DNA from: an uncultured delta proteobacterium
GTDB lineage: Bacteria > Myxococcota_A > Polyangia > Polyangiales > B10-G4
Direction of reading: 5' to 3'
NCBI GenBank assembly: GCA_963727445.1
Contig: CAVSGI010000010.1
Coordinates: 288,001 to 352,000, forward strand
Length of the DNA: 64,000 nucleotides
Shown one piece after another: positions 1 to 10,055 of this stretch; the stretch's first letter is position 1, and every line of letters begins with the position of its first letter. A program made the position numbers and the translations under genes. Below the pieces are notes generated by a model. That model did not search any database. It had not been told where the DNA came from and saw only the letters and a program-made list of their open reading frames with translations.

Positions 1-469
1 TGTGGCGGATGAGATCGAGGTCTTCGTCCTCGGCCATCGACCGGATGGAGGCGTCGTCGATGCCGCGCGCGATGGCCTCGCGGATCGCCGCGAGGGCGAG
101 GTCGGGCTCGCCGAGGTCACAGAGGACGCAGGCGGCGTTGTGGTAGATGGCGATGTTGTCCGCGGCCACGACGATGGCGCGGTCGACGACCGCCCGCCGC
201 TCTTCGGGCTCGCCGTGGAAGACGGCGAGGTAGCAGGCGTTGTTCTGGATCCGCAGCCATTCCTCGCGGAGCGGGGGGTCGGTCGGTGCGGGCCTTTTGG
301 CGAGCCACCGATAGACGCGGAAGGCGAGGGCGCGGCGGCGACCCATGAGCGAATACGCGTAGGCCGACAGCAGGTGGAGGTCGTCGGGGGCCGCGCTGAG
401 GAGCGCTTCGATCCCTTCGCGATCGTCCTCGTCCATCGTCTCGATGACGCTCGCGATGTGCTCGTCCAT
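1..469 (-). CDS. TPR-containing hypothetical protein, 3' end runs off the window
   Basis: Manual translation from ATG at 469: MDEHIASVIE...IYHNAACVLCDLGEPDLALAAIREAIARG...EDEDLDLIR, matching a C-terminal TPR-type YxxAC...A...DxDL pattern. Absent from the ORF track because it has no stop in the window. Confidence 0.7.
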   Translation of the reverse strand, partial: MDEHIASVIETMDEDDREGIEALLSAAPDDLHLLSAYAYSLMGRRRALAFRVYRWLAKRPAPTDPPLREEWLRIQNNACYLAVFHGEPEERRAVVDRAIVVAADNIAIYHNAACVLCDLGEPDLALAAIREAIARGIDDASIRSMAEDEDLDLIRH

Positions 470-613
470 CGGCCCACTCTGCCACCTCGACCGGTTGTGC
501 CAAGTTGTTGCGTGGGGCGGATGCGCGCGCCGTGCGTCCGAGCCACGCCGCGATTTTGCCGGGGAATCGCGCGGCGCGTGGCTTGCAACGGGGAGCACTC
601 GGAGGTTTCGGGC

Positions 614-3600
614 ATGCGCCATTGGCTCACTATCCAAGCGGTACCCCTCTCGATCGTCGTTCTCGCCGTCGGTTGCGGGGGCGAAGCGCCGCCGGAGCGG
701 CACGAGAACTCGCTCGCGTCGATCGACGAAGGGCAGATCCACGCGGCCGTCGCCGGCGACGATCTCGCGATCGACGTGCCCGTTCATCGCCTCTCGGAGG
801 CGGCGCTCTCCGGCCGGATCTCCATCGATCTCACCGACGTGGCGACCGGGACCAGCACCCACCTCGCGAGCGAGATGGCCGACGTCGAACAGGACGTGGA
901 GGACCACGCCTATCGCCTCGTCTTCGCGGGCCGAGGGGTGGACTTCGAGCGGGTCGATGCCGGTCCGATGATCATCGACTGGCGGCTGCACCTCGACGGC
1001 GACGGCGACGATCTATACGGACATCGGAGCCTCTTCGACGCCCTGGGCAACCTCGACGTCTCGCTCCGTGGGCCGACCGAGCTCCCCGCCGCGGGCGACG
1101 CCCCGGTCCGCGTCGTGGTCCGCGACCCCTCGACCTACGCGCCGATCGAGGGCGCGAACGTCGAGGCCGTCCTGGTGACGCCTGCGACCACCGACGGCGG
1201 CGACCCGATCGAGCACGCGCTCTTCACGGGTACGACCGACGCGCGGGGCGAGCTCCTCGATCGCATCGCCCTGCCCGATGGCGTGGACGGCGGCAGCCTG
1301 CGCGTGACCGTGACCGATGAGGACGTCGAGGTCTGGACGAGCCGCAACGTCGGTCGCCGCGCCGACGACGCGCTCTACCTCGGCACGGACAAGACCATCT
1401 ACAAGCCCGGGCAGGACGTGCACCTGCGCCTGCTCGCGCTCGATGCCCTCGACCGGCAGCCGATCGCGGACGAGGACGTCCTCTTCGAGGCGCGCGACGG
1501 GCGGGGCAACAAGGTCTTCCGCCGGAGCGGCCGGACGGATGCCTTCGGCGTGGCCGCGGTCTCGGTCCCCACCGACACCCGCGTCAACGAAGGCGATTGG
1601 CAGTTCACCGCGCAGATCGCCGGCCGCCAGGCACAGATCCGCGTGCCGGTGCAGGCCTACGCGCTGCCCAAGATGCGCGTCTCCGTGGGCATCGACCGCA
1701 CCTTCGCCCTCCCCGGCCAGACCGCCCGCGCGACCATCGCCGCGCAGTATCTCTTCGGCGAGCCGGTCGTGAACGCGAACATCCAGCTCGAGGCCCGCTC
1801 GGTGAGCGGCGTCCCGGTGGGCTCGTTCTTCGCGACCACCGACGCGCAGGGAGCGGGCACCGTCGACGTCGCGCTCCCCGACACGCTCGCGAGCGATGCG
1901 CTCGAGCAGAGCGGCGACACGCTGCTCTTCACCGCCACCATCACCGACACCGCGGGGCAGAGCGAGCGGGGCGAGGCCGCGCTCCCGCTCGCGGCGGCGC
2001 CGATCCGCATTCAGACCATCGGAGACGCGACTCTCACGGCGGACACCGAGAACCTGGTGTACGTCGTCGTCACCGACGCGGTCGGCCAGCCCCTGGTGGC
2101 GGACGTCGACGTGAGCGGTGACGTCGCGCAGTCCCTGGTCACCGACGCCTCGGGCGTCGCGGAGCTCCGCTTCACACCGTCGGGGGACGAGGTCGCGCTC
2201 GACATCGCCGCGACCGACGGCGCCGGGCGGAGCCACAGCCGTTCGCTCACCCTCGGCACCTCCACCGACGCGCGTCTCGTGCTGACGAGCGATCGCGCCA
2301 TCTATCAGCCGGGCGACACGGCGCGCCTCCACCTGTCGGCCACCGGCGGCCTCACCCGAGCCTATCTCGACGTCTACCGCGGCGCGGCGGGCGTCCTCTC
2401 CGCCGCCGTCGATCTCACGGCCGGCGGCGCCGACATCGAGCTGCCGATCGACGGGGAGCTGGGCGGTCTGCTCGTCGTGGACGCCGTCGCACCCGGCGAC
2501 GACGGCGTGACGCATCGCGCTGCCCATCCGCTCCTCGTCGAGCGCGACGACAACGTGACCGTCGCGCTCTCGGCGGACCGCTCCGAGTACGGCCCCGGCG
2601 ACGAGGCGCAGATCTCCGTCGAGATCGCCGACAGCGCGGGCGTGCCCCGCGTCGCGTCGGTGGGCCTGACGGTCGTCGACCAGGCCGTCTTCGCCCTCGG
2701 CGGCGAGCCGACCACGAGCATCCGCTCCTCCTTCGGGCTCGACGGTCAGGTGCTGCCGCCGTCGGTGAACGTCGCCGGGCGGAACGTGGAAGACCTCCTC
2801 GCGACCTCGGACCCCTCCGAGCGCGAGCAGCTCGCGCGCCTGCTCTTCGCGAGCGCCGGCGACGTCCAGGGCCCGAGCTTCGACTACGACTCGCTCGCGG
2901 TCGAGCTCCCCGCGGTCGTCTCGAGCCTCCAGGGCAAGGTGACCGCCGACGCGACCACCTATCTCGAGGCGCTGCAGTCGTCGTCGACGGGTCCCTGGGG
3001 CACCGCGACCCTCACCGTCGACGACATCGCGAGCCGGGCTCTGAGCGCGCGCCTGGTCGATCCCTTCGGTCGCTACTACCACGTCGACGTCGAGGGCGAG
3101 GACGACTGGTCGCGGGAGATGGTCCTGACCTCGGACGGCCCCGACGAGACCCCCGGCACGCGCGACGACGTCGTGGGGCGCGCGTCGCTCTACATCGCGA
3201 CCTACGGACGCGCCGAGGGTGACTTCGCGGCGGCGGGCGGCCCCATGGCCGGCGCGCCTGCGCCCGCTCCGGAGGCGCCCGCCGAAGACGGCGCCAGCGG
3301 GGGTGGCGACGCCCCCGTGCGCACGGACTTCCGCGAGACCGCGTACGTGAACCCGACGCTGATCACGGATGCGAGCGGGCGCGCGACCGTGACCGTCCCC
3401 CTCGCGCAGTCGATCACGACCTGGCGGGTCTCGGCGGATGCCTCGACCGCGGACGGGCGCGTGGGCGCGAGCGTGCGCGGTCTCCGCACCTTCCAACCCT
3501 TCTTCGTCGACTTCACGATGCCCCTCGACCTCACGCGGGGCGACGAGCTCGACGTCCCGGCGATCGTCTACAACTACACGACCGACCCGCAGCACGTGGA

Positions 3601-5419
3601 CGTGACCATCGAGACGAGCGATTGGTTCGAGCTCGTCGGCGGCGCATCACAGAGCGTCGACCTCGGCCCGAGCGAGGTGCGCTCGGCGCGCTTCCGGATC
3701 CGGGTCACCGACGCCGGCACCCACGCGCTCACGCTGCACGGCAGCGCAGGCTCGCTCTCGGACGCCCTGGTCCGGACCGTCGACGTGCGGCCTGATGGCC
3801 AGCCCGACGACGACGTCGCCTCCGGCCGTCTCGCCGCGGGCACCCCGGCGCTCCACTCCCTCTCGGTCCCGAGCGACACCGTGCCCGGCGGCTCGATGAT
3901 GGAGCTGGTCCTCACCCCCGGCTTCGCGTCGGAGGCGGTGCAGGGCGTCGAGGCGCTGCTGCAGGAGCCGAACGGCTGCTTCGAGCAGACGACCTCCACG
4001 GCCTGGCCGAACACCCTCGTCGCGAAGTACCTCGACATGACCGGCGGGCTCACCCCCGACCGGCGCGAAGAGGTCATCGCCCTCGTGACGCGCGGTTACC
4101 AGCGCCTGCTCACCTTCGAGAGCCCGACCGGTGGGTTCAACTGGTGGGGCGACGCCGATCCGGGCAACCGCATCCTGAGCGCGATCATGCTCTGGCACCT
4201 CAAGGACATGGAGGGCCTGATCACGACCGATCCGGCGGTGCGCGATCGGACGCTCGACTGGCTCGTCGCGCAGCAGCGGGCGGACGGATCGTGGGAGTCG
4301 GGTGATGCGCTCCATGCGGGCGACGAGGTTCTCTCGACGAGCGAGGCGCGTACGACCGCGTTCATCGCGTGGGCGCTGGCGCACACGGGGTGGGCCGACG
4401 ACGCCGTCGCCCGCGCGGGGGGCTGGCTTCGCAGCAACCTGCCGCCGGAGAGCGACCTCTACGCCAACGCGCTGGTGGCGAACGCCCTCGCGATGGAGGA
4501 TCCGGGCGGGGCGATGACCGGCGAGGTCTTCGCGCGGCTCGACGGGATGCGAGTGGACCTGGCTCCCGGCGAAGGAACGCTCTGGCCGACGGACTCGCCG
4601 TCGTGGACGGGGACCGCGGGGGACACGGCGGCGCTCGAGACGACCGGGCTGGTGGCCTACGGGCTCATCCAGGCCGGCGCGTACCCGGACGATCTCGCCG
4701 GAGCGATGGAGTTCATCCTGGCGAACAAGGACGCGGTCGGCACCTGGTACAACACCCAGGCGACGATGAACGCGCTCCGCGCGCTCTCGGCGGCGCTCAC
4801 GGGCGGCGCGAGCGACGCGACCGGCACGCTCACCATCACGGTCGACGGAGTCGTCGCGGACACGGTCGACGTGACCGATGAAAACCGCGATCTGTACCGG
4901 CGCTTCGACCTCTCGAGCTACGCGACGGTGGGAGACCACACGGTCGAGGTCGCCTTCGCCGGAACGGGCGAGGTCAACTACCGCCTCACGCGGCGCGCCT
5001 TCCGGCCCGTCCTTCCGGACGCGGTGGGCCCGCTCTCGCTGACGGTCGACTACGACACGACGACCTCGGTGGTCGGCGTGCCCCTGAACGTGGTGGCGCG
5101 CGCGACGAACACCGAGACGAGCGGCGCGCGTGACCAGGTCATCGTGCGTGTTGGCCGTGCGCCGGGCTTCGTTCCGCGGACGGAGGACCTCGACGCCCTC
5201 GTCGCCGCCGGCGTGGCGAGCCGTTACGAGGTTCGCTCGAACGACGTGACCTTCTACCTGATGGGCCTCGCGGCCGGCGAGACGCGCGAGCTCCGCTTCC
5301 GCCTGACGCCGAGCCTCCCGGTCGACGCGACCGCCCCGGCGTCGCGGATCTACGCCTATTACGAGCCGAGCCTCGGCGAGACGCTCCCCACCGAGCGCTT
5401 CGTCGCCACCAGCCCCTGA
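614..5419 (+). CDS. Alpha-2-macroglobulin family lipoprotein
   Basis: GGAGG at 601-605 then ATG 614; lipobox LAVGC; MG-domain motifs TDKTIYKPG and SDRAIYQPG; VRTDFRETAY...SITTWR; thioester motif GCFEQ at 3974-3988; C-terminal YAYYEP. Confidence 0.92.
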   Translation: MRHWLTIQAVPLSIVVLAVGCGGEAPPERHENSLASIDEGQIHAAVAGDDLAIDVPVHRLSEAALSGRISIDLTDVATGTSTHLASEMADVEQDVEDHAYRLVFAGRGVDFERVDAGPMIIDWRLHLDGDGDDLYGHRSLFDALGNLDVSLRGPTELPAAGDAPVRVVVRDPSTYAPIEGANVEAVLVTPATTDGGDPIEHALFTGTTDARGELLDRIALPDGVDGGSLRVTVTDEDVEVWTSRNVGRRADDALYLGTDKTIYKPGQDVHLRLLALDALDRQPIADEDVLFEARDGRGNKVFRRSGRTDAFGVAAVSVPTDTRVNEGDWQFTAQIAGRQAQIRVPVQAYALPKMRVSVGIDRTFALPGQTARATIAAQYLFGEPVVNANIQLEARSVSGVPVGSFFATTDAQGAGTVDVALPDTLASDALEQSGDTLLFTATITDTAGQSERGEAALPLAAAPIRIQTIGDATLTADTENLVYVVVTDAVGQPLVADVDVSGDVAQSLVTDASGVAELRFTPSGDEVALDIAATDGAGRSHSRSLTLGTSTDARLVLTSDRAIYQPGDTARLHLSATGGLTRAYLDVYRGAAGVLSAAVDLTAGGADIELPIDGELGGLLVVDAVAPGDDGVTHRAAHPLLVERDDNVTVALSADRSEYGPGDEAQISVEIADSAGVPRVASVGLTVVDQAVFALGGEPTTSIRSSFGLDGQVLPPSVNVAGRNVEDLLATSDPSEREQLARLLFASAGDVQGPSFDYDSLAVELPAVVSSLQGKVTADATTYLEALQSSSTGPWGTATLTVDDIASRALSARLVDPFGRYYHVDVEGEDDWSREMVLTSDGPDETPGTRDDVVGRASLYIATYGRAEGDFAAAGGPMAGAPAPAPEAPAEDGASGGGDAPVRTDFRETAYVNPTLITDASGRATVTVPLAQSITTWRVSADASTADGRVGASVRGLRTFQPFFVDFTMPLDLTRGDELDVPAIVYNYTTDPQHVDVTIETSDWFELVGGASQSVDLGPSEVRSARFRIRVTDAGTHALTLHGSAGSLSDALVRTVDVRPDGQPDDDVASGRLAAGTPALHSLSVPSDTVPGGSMMELVLTPGFASEAVQGVEALLQEPNGCFEQTTSTAWPNTLVAKYLDMTGGLTPDRREEVIALVTRGYQRLLTFESPTGGFNWWGDADPGNRILSAIMLWHLKDMEGLITTDPAVRDRTLDWLVAQQRADGSWESGDALHAGDEVLSTSEARTTAFIAWALAHTGWADDAVARAGGWLRSNLPPESDLYANALVANALAMEDPGGAMTGEVFARLDGMRVDLAPGEGTLWPTDSPSWTGTAGDTAALETTGLVAYGLIQAGAYPDDLAGAMEFILANKDAVGTWYNTQATMNALRALSAALTGGASDATGTLTITVDGVVADTVDVTDENRDLYRRFDLSSYATVGDHTVEVAFAGTGEVNYRLTRRAFRPVLPDAVGPLSLTVDYDTTTSVVGVPLNVVARATNTETSGARDQVIVRVGRAPGFVPRTEDLDALVAAGVASRYEVRSNDVTFYLMGLAAGETRELRFRLTPSLPVDATAPASRIYAYYEPSLGETLPTERFVATSP

Positions 5420-5466
5420 GATATCCGGTATGGTCGCGTCCCTCACCAAAGGAGAAGGGACTCGCG

Positions 5467-5847
5467 ATGATGGACGGAAGCGCAATTCTCAGGACGCTCG
5501 CAATCACATTGGTGCTCGCCGCGGCCTGCGGTGATGACGGCCGGGGGCCCACCGATACCGGAACGACGGCCGGCGACTCGGGCTCGGCGGGTGACACCGG
5601 AACGAGCGGCGACGTCGGGACGGCGGACACCGGTTCCGGCGGTGATGGCGGGAACCTCGGCGCCCGCTGCGGCTACTCCGCCCCCTGCGTGCCCGCCGCC
5701 GCCAACTTCTTCTGCGCCTCGGTGCCTGGCACGGAGCAGTACCAGTGCTGCCTTCCCGCCGAGCCCGATCCTTCCGCCGGGTGCACCGAAGCGTCCGGCG
5801 GGAGCAACGAAGACATCACGTCGTACTGCTGCACGGGAGAGCCGTAG
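5467..5847 (+). CDS. Small Cys-rich lipoprotein
   Basis: Purine-rich SD upstream; lipobox LAAAC; G/D/T-rich linker then a Cys-rich domain. Confidence 0.75.
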   Translation: MMDGSAILRTLAITLVLAAACGDDGRGPTDTGTTAGDSGSAGDTGTSGDVGTADTGSGGDGGNLGARCGYSAPCVPAAANFFCASVPGTEQYQCCLPAEPDPSAGCTEASGGSNEDITSYCCTGEP

Positions 5848-5861
5848 GCGTCGCGACGGCC

Positions 5862-7922
5862 TCAGCGGCGCCGCCGCCGCCGGAACGCGACCGCGAGCCC
5901 GACGAGGAGCACGGCGAGGAGCCCTCGCGTCGAATGACGTGGGGCGGCGATGCGGCAGCCGCAGCCGCCGTCGTCGTCGGCGCCGCCGGTGCCGGTGTCG
6001 GCGCCGGTGGCCCCGTCGAGGCCGCTGCCGCCGTCCGTGGTGCCGATGCTGACGCACGAGCCGGCGGAGCAGCGCGCGCCCGGGCCGCAGTCGACGCCGG
6101 CGCAGGGGTCGGGGACGCAGTCGCCGGCCCGGCACACCAGGCCTTCGCCGCACGTCACGCCCGTGCAGGCGTCGACGCACTCGCCGCCCTGGCACGCGAG
6201 GCCGGGGCCGCAGCTCACCGCGGCGCAGAGATCGGGGACGCACTCGCCGTCGACGCACGCCTGGGCGCGCGGGCAGACCACGCCGGTGCAGCCGTCCTCG
6301 CAGGTGCCGCCGGTGCACACCTCGGCCGCGGTGCAGGTCGCGGTCTCACAGCCGGCGTCGACGCACATGCCCTCGGTGGGCGAGTCCATGCGCGCGTCGC
6401 AGGCTTCGGTGTCGGCGCAGATGGACGCGGCCAGGTCAGCGCATGCGCACGAGGGCCCGCAGAGCGTGAGCGCGTCCGGGTCGGCGGCGACGCAGACCTG
6501 ATTCACCGGGCAGTCGACGCCGAGGCACGGGTCGAGACAGGCGCCGCTGAGGCATCGCTGGCCGCGCGGGCAGACCACGCCGTCGCAGGGCCCCACGCAC
6601 TCGCCCTCTCGGCACAGGGTGCCGTCGGGGCAGGGCGCGGTCCGGCCGGCGCAGGCGGTGTCGACGCAGTACGTCCCGTCGACGCAGGTGAAGCCCGGTC
6701 CGCAGCCTCCCTCGAAGCACTGCGACACGCACAGACCGCTGTCGGGTGCGCAGGCCGTGCCCGGCGGACAGTCCGCCATCGGCAGGCAGTCGAGGTCCTC
6801 CGTCGCGTCGCAGCGCTCGAAGGCGCCGGGGTGCCGCGCGGGGTCGGCGTCGTCGCAGTCCGTTCCACCGCACGCGACGTCGCGGAATCCGTCGCCGTCC
6901 GCGTCGGGACAGATGGCGGTGTTGTCCTCGTTGAGGCCGGCGACCGCGTCGAGCTCGGCGTCGAAGGACCAGAACTGGCACGCGTCGGTCGGGTTGCCGT
7001 TGTTGCCGCCGACGAGTGACGCGTAGCGGAAGGTGAGGCCGCAGGGGAGCGCGAAGACCTGCACGATGCCGTCGCGCATGGTGGCGTTCGACAGATCCGG
7101 CGCGAGCGCGTCGGCCTCGGTGGCGGGGGTCGGCTCGTCGGGGATCCAGCCCTGGAGGAACACGGTGGTGAGCAGGGCCGGGTTCCACTTGCGCGGATCG
7201 GGCGCGGAGGGATCCGCCACCTCGGTGGCCATCGGATCGTCGGAGAGCCAGACCGAGTACTCCCAGGACTCGCAGGGGAGGGGGCCGTGGTCGGTGAAGG
7301 GAAAGACGACGACGCGATTGCCTTCGCCGCCGAGGTCGAAGATCGCGCCGTTCGCCGGATCGAAGAAGCCCTGCTCGCCGTCACACACCCGGTCGCCGTC
7401 GGCGTGGCCGGCTGCGCCGAGGTAGAAGCGATCGATCTCGGCGTTGTAGCAATCGAGGCCGTTGAGCGCGTCCTCGAAGGCGTGGTTCCATCCGAAGACG
7501 TACTCGGGATCGGTCGCGAAGGCGCGCGGCGGCCCGCCCGCCGGTGCGCAGTATCCCGCCGGCGCGCCGCTGCCGTAGTAGAGCCACGCGGTGCCGCCCG
7601 CGTACGTTCGGCTCACGGCGCGGTTGATGTCGGCGGCGGAGGTCGATGCGCCGCGCACCAGGCGGCCGAAGGTGAGCGAGCGCGCGTCCATCCCATCGCT
7701 CGTTTGAAAGACGCCGAGGCGCCGGTCTGCCGGCATCAGCGCGTTGAAGCACTCGGTGCCCGAGGCGATGCACGCCCCACAGTTCGGATCGGTCGCCCCC
7801 GCGCTGCAGGAGGCACAGGTCCCGATGACGGCCTGCGCCGAGGCCGTGTGCTCCGAGGCGAGGAGGGCGGCCGAGCCGAGGACCAAGAGTGCGAAGGCGC
7901 GAAGGGCGAGGCGAAGGGGCAT
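5862..7922 (-). CDS. MYXO-CTERM-sorted Cys-rich surface protein with putative metal-binding repeat
   Basis: Signal peptide MPLRLALRAF...ASAQ; DADGDGF...DCDD...HPGA.E.CD motif; repeated 'CxGVxC' units; C-terminal GGCGC + TM helix + RRRRRR. Confidence 0.85.
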   Translation of the reverse strand: MPLRLALRAFALLVLGSAALLASEHTASAQAVIGTCASCSAGATDPNCGACIASGTECFNALMPADRRLGVFQTSDGMDARSLTFGRLVRGASTSAADINRAVSRTYAGGTAWLYYGSGAPAGYCAPAGGPPRAFATDPEYVFGWNHAFEDALNGLDCYNAEIDRFYLGAAGHADGDRVCDGEQGFFDPANGAIFDLGGEGNRVVVFPFTDHGPLPCESWEYSVWLSDDPMATEVADPSAPDPRKWNPALLTTVFLQGWIPDEPTPATEADALAPDLSNATMRDGIVQVFALPCGLTFRYASLVGGNNGNPTDACQFWSFDAELDAVAGLNEDNTAICPDADGDGFRDVACGGTDCDDADPARHPGAFERCDATEDLDCLPMADCPPGTACAPDSGLCVSQCFEGGCGPGFTCVDGTYCVDTACAGRTAPCPDGTLCREGECVGPCDGVVCPRGQRCLSGACLDPCLGVDCPVNQVCVAADPDALTLCGPSCACADLAASICADTEACDARMDSPTEGMCVDAGCETATCTAAEVCTGGTCEDGCTGVVCPRAQACVDGECVPDLCAAVSCGPGLACQGGECVDACTGVTCGEGLVCRAGDCVPDPCAGVDCGPGARCSAGSCVSIGTTDGGSGLDGATGADTGTGGADDDGGCGCRIAAPRHSTRGLLAVLLVGLAVAFRRRRRR

Positions 7923-7986
7923 GAGATCGAGACTGCACCCGTCGATCGCGCCCGTAAAGAGCGCTCGCGCCGAACCCCCGCTTCGA

Positions 7987-9363
7987 TCAGATGCCGGTAC
8001 AGAGCGCTTCGACGAGCTCGCTGTCGCCGCCGGTCGCCGGGCGCACGTAGGCGACGTGCAGTCCGTCGTCGAAATCCGCGCCCCAGAAGAGCGGGTAGGC
8101 GCTGTCGGCGAAGGTGAGCGTCGCGTCGGGGGTGTGGGGCATGGCGGTGCCGAAGGCGTGACGTTCGACGAAGACGGATCCGCTCGACGAGCGGAGCGAC
8201 ACGAAGCCGAGGCCCGCGGGGCGGTTCGCGAGCGCGGGCACGCGCGTGAGGCCCGAGGCAGGTGCGGCCGACCAACCCGAGCCGTCGCGCGCCGCGAAGA
8301 GAAGATCCGAGCTGCTCCGGTAGGCGATGGTCGCGCCTGCGCCGTCGGGGCTGGTGGCGAGGGCCACGGCGAGGCTCGCAGAGACGGGGTTGCGCGGCGC
8401 GCTGTCGACGGTGGTGCACGCCCAGGTGGACGACAGCGCCGAGGCATCGGCGGCGAGGATCGCGTCGGGTGCGGAGCCCTCGGGAACGGCGGAGACCGCG
8501 AGGGCGATCGTGCGTCCACCGGTCGACCCCCGCGCGGACATCTCCAGGCTGGCGCCGTTCGGCACCGTGCAGCCCGTCGGCGTCATCGACCACGCCGAGC
8601 TTCCCCGCCGCGCGCTCACGACGCTCGCTTCCATCGCGCCGGGGACGTCGTCGAAGAGGAGCTCCGGGACGTCGTCGGAGCCGATCAGCAGCGCGAGGTC
8701 CCGGGCGATCACGCCGTCGCGCACGTGCTCCACCGTCCCGAAGGTGCTGCCGTCGAGGGCGACGTAGTACACGCCGAAGGTCGTGGAGGAGCCTACCGTC
8801 TCGTAGCCGAGGAACGCGACGTGGATGACGCCGGTCGAGTCGACGGCGACCCGAACGGTCGGGTCGGCCAGGATCGGGTGCACGTCGCCCGGAACGGTCA
8901 CCGTATCCCAGGCCCCTGCCGCTCGGCGCGCGACCGCGATGGGGGCGTCGGTGCTCGCGCGCTGGGCGAAGGCGACCACCGGCTCGCCGCTCGCGTCGAG
9001 GGCCCAGTCTCCGCGGAGAATCGACGCGTCGCTCGTCAGGTCCACGTGATCGACCACGACGCAGGAAGGCATCATGGCGGCATCCGTGGTGCTCGCGTCG
9101 ATGGAGCCATCCGCGTCGGGCGACCCGTCGGCGCTCGCATCGGGCGCGACCCCGGTGTCCGCCGCCGCATCGAGGGCCGCGTCGGGCTCCGCGTCGGGCC
9201 CGCCGTCCGGCAGCGCGCTCGTATCGACGAAGGCGTCCGCCGCCGCGTCTTCGGTCCCGGCGTCCCCCTCGAGCATCCCCCCGTCGTCGACGACATCGCG
9301 CTCGTTTCCACAACCGATCGCCGAAGAGAGCAGGGCCAGAGACGTGAAGAGAAGCAGTCGCAT
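7987..9363 (-). CDS. Lipoprotein with acidic linker and probable beta-propeller domain
   Basis: MRLLLFTSLALLSSAIGC lipobox; D/A-rich linker; repeated 'ALDASGEPVVAF / AVDSTGVIHVAF' blades. Confidence 0.75.
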   Translation of the reverse strand: MRLLLFTSLALLSSAIGCGNERDVVDDGGMLEGDAGTEDAAADAFVDTSALPDGGPDAEPDAALDAAADTGVAPDASADGSPDADGSIDASTTDAAMMPSCVVVDHVDLTSDASILRGDWALDASGEPVVAFAQRASTDAPIAVARRAAGAWDTVTVPGDVHPILADPTVRVAVDSTGVIHVAFLGYETVGSSTTFGVYYVALDGSTFGTVEHVRDGVIARDLALLIGSDDVPELLFDDVPGAMEASVVSARRGSSAWSMTPTGCTVPNGASLEMSARGSTGGRTIALAVSAVPEGSAPDAILAADASALSSTWACTTVDSAPRNPVSASLAVALATSPDGAGATIAYRSSSDLLFAARDGSGWSAAPASGLTRVPALANRPAGLGFVSLRSSSGSVFVERHAFGTAMPHTPDATLTFADSAYPLFWGADFDDGLHVAYVRPATGGDSELVEALCTGI

Positions 9364-9529
9364 GCGCGCCCCCTCAGCAAGAGCTCTGCCACCCGCGCCC
9401 ACCCGCATTCACCGACGAATTCCCGCCCCCGCGCGGCAGGTGTGAACGCCGGTTCATCCTCGACGCGGTTGCGCCTGTGGCGAGGGATTCACTGTCGACG
9501 GATGTCGTGGGCGTCGCGCCAGCAACGAC

Positions 9530-9557
9530 AAACGGCCAGCCTTTCGGCTGACCGTTT
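9530..9557 (-). terminator. Hairpin terminator of the original tRNA-Gly locus
   Basis: Minus strand AAACGGTCAGCC-GAAA-GGCTGGCCGTTT, directly after the stranded tRNA 3' end. Confidence 0.7.
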
Positions 9558-9604
9558 CGGAGCGGGCGATGGGATTCGAACCGACGACATTCAGCTTGGG
9601 AAGC
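9558..9604 (-). repeat. att junction of element A: stranded 3' half of tRNA-Gly(CCC)
   Basis: 47-bp direct repeat of 14575-14621 (45/47 identical); spans anticodon loop to acceptor end. Confidence 0.92.
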
Positions 9605-9949
9605 CAACGACGGCACGAGCAATCTCGGGAGGTTGCGACCCAGCGTGGACGCAACGTGGACGATGTCGAGGGACTTGCGACCGCGGTGCTCGCGCTGGCG
9701 CAGACCGAGGTCGATCTTCCGGCCGATCTCGCCATCCGGCTGATCGACGCCGTGCTCGCGTCGGCGAGTGAGATGGTCAAGCTCGCCCTCGCGGCGAGAG
9801 AAGGCGGCCCACATGCGACCCGTCACCTGATCGACCTTGCAAGCCGCGTTCTCTCGAACGTCGACGACCGCAGGGAGCCGCAAGCAGCCGCGGTGGGAGA
9901 CGCAGCGACGTCGCCGATTGGATCAGAGGGAACCATCGAACCCGAGTAG
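9605..9949 (+). CDS. Detached C-terminal segment (114 aa) of integrase A, in frame with the att repeat
   Basis: ORF 9569-9949 begins GFEPTTFSLGS, identical to the last residues of integrase 13731-14624, and continues QRRHEQ...IEPE*. Confidence 0.7.
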   Translation, partial: QRRHEQSREVATQRGRNVDDVEGLATAVLALAQTEVDLPADLAIRLIDAVLASASEMVKLALAAREGGPHATRHLIDLASRVLSNVDDRREPQAAAVGDAATSPIGSEGTIEPE

Positions 9950-10055
9950 GGCGAAACACCAAACACCAGCCCCTCTGCGGCGGTGGCATCCACCGCAGAG
10001 GTCGTCGCACGAGGCGACGGCTGGAGCCCGCCGCGCACACGGAGGACGGCGGACA

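Noticed and set aside
2..613. N-terminal 204 aa of the 1805-aa ORF
   Set aside because: Antisense shadow of the minus-strand TPR gene; SD and lipoprotein signal place the start at 614.
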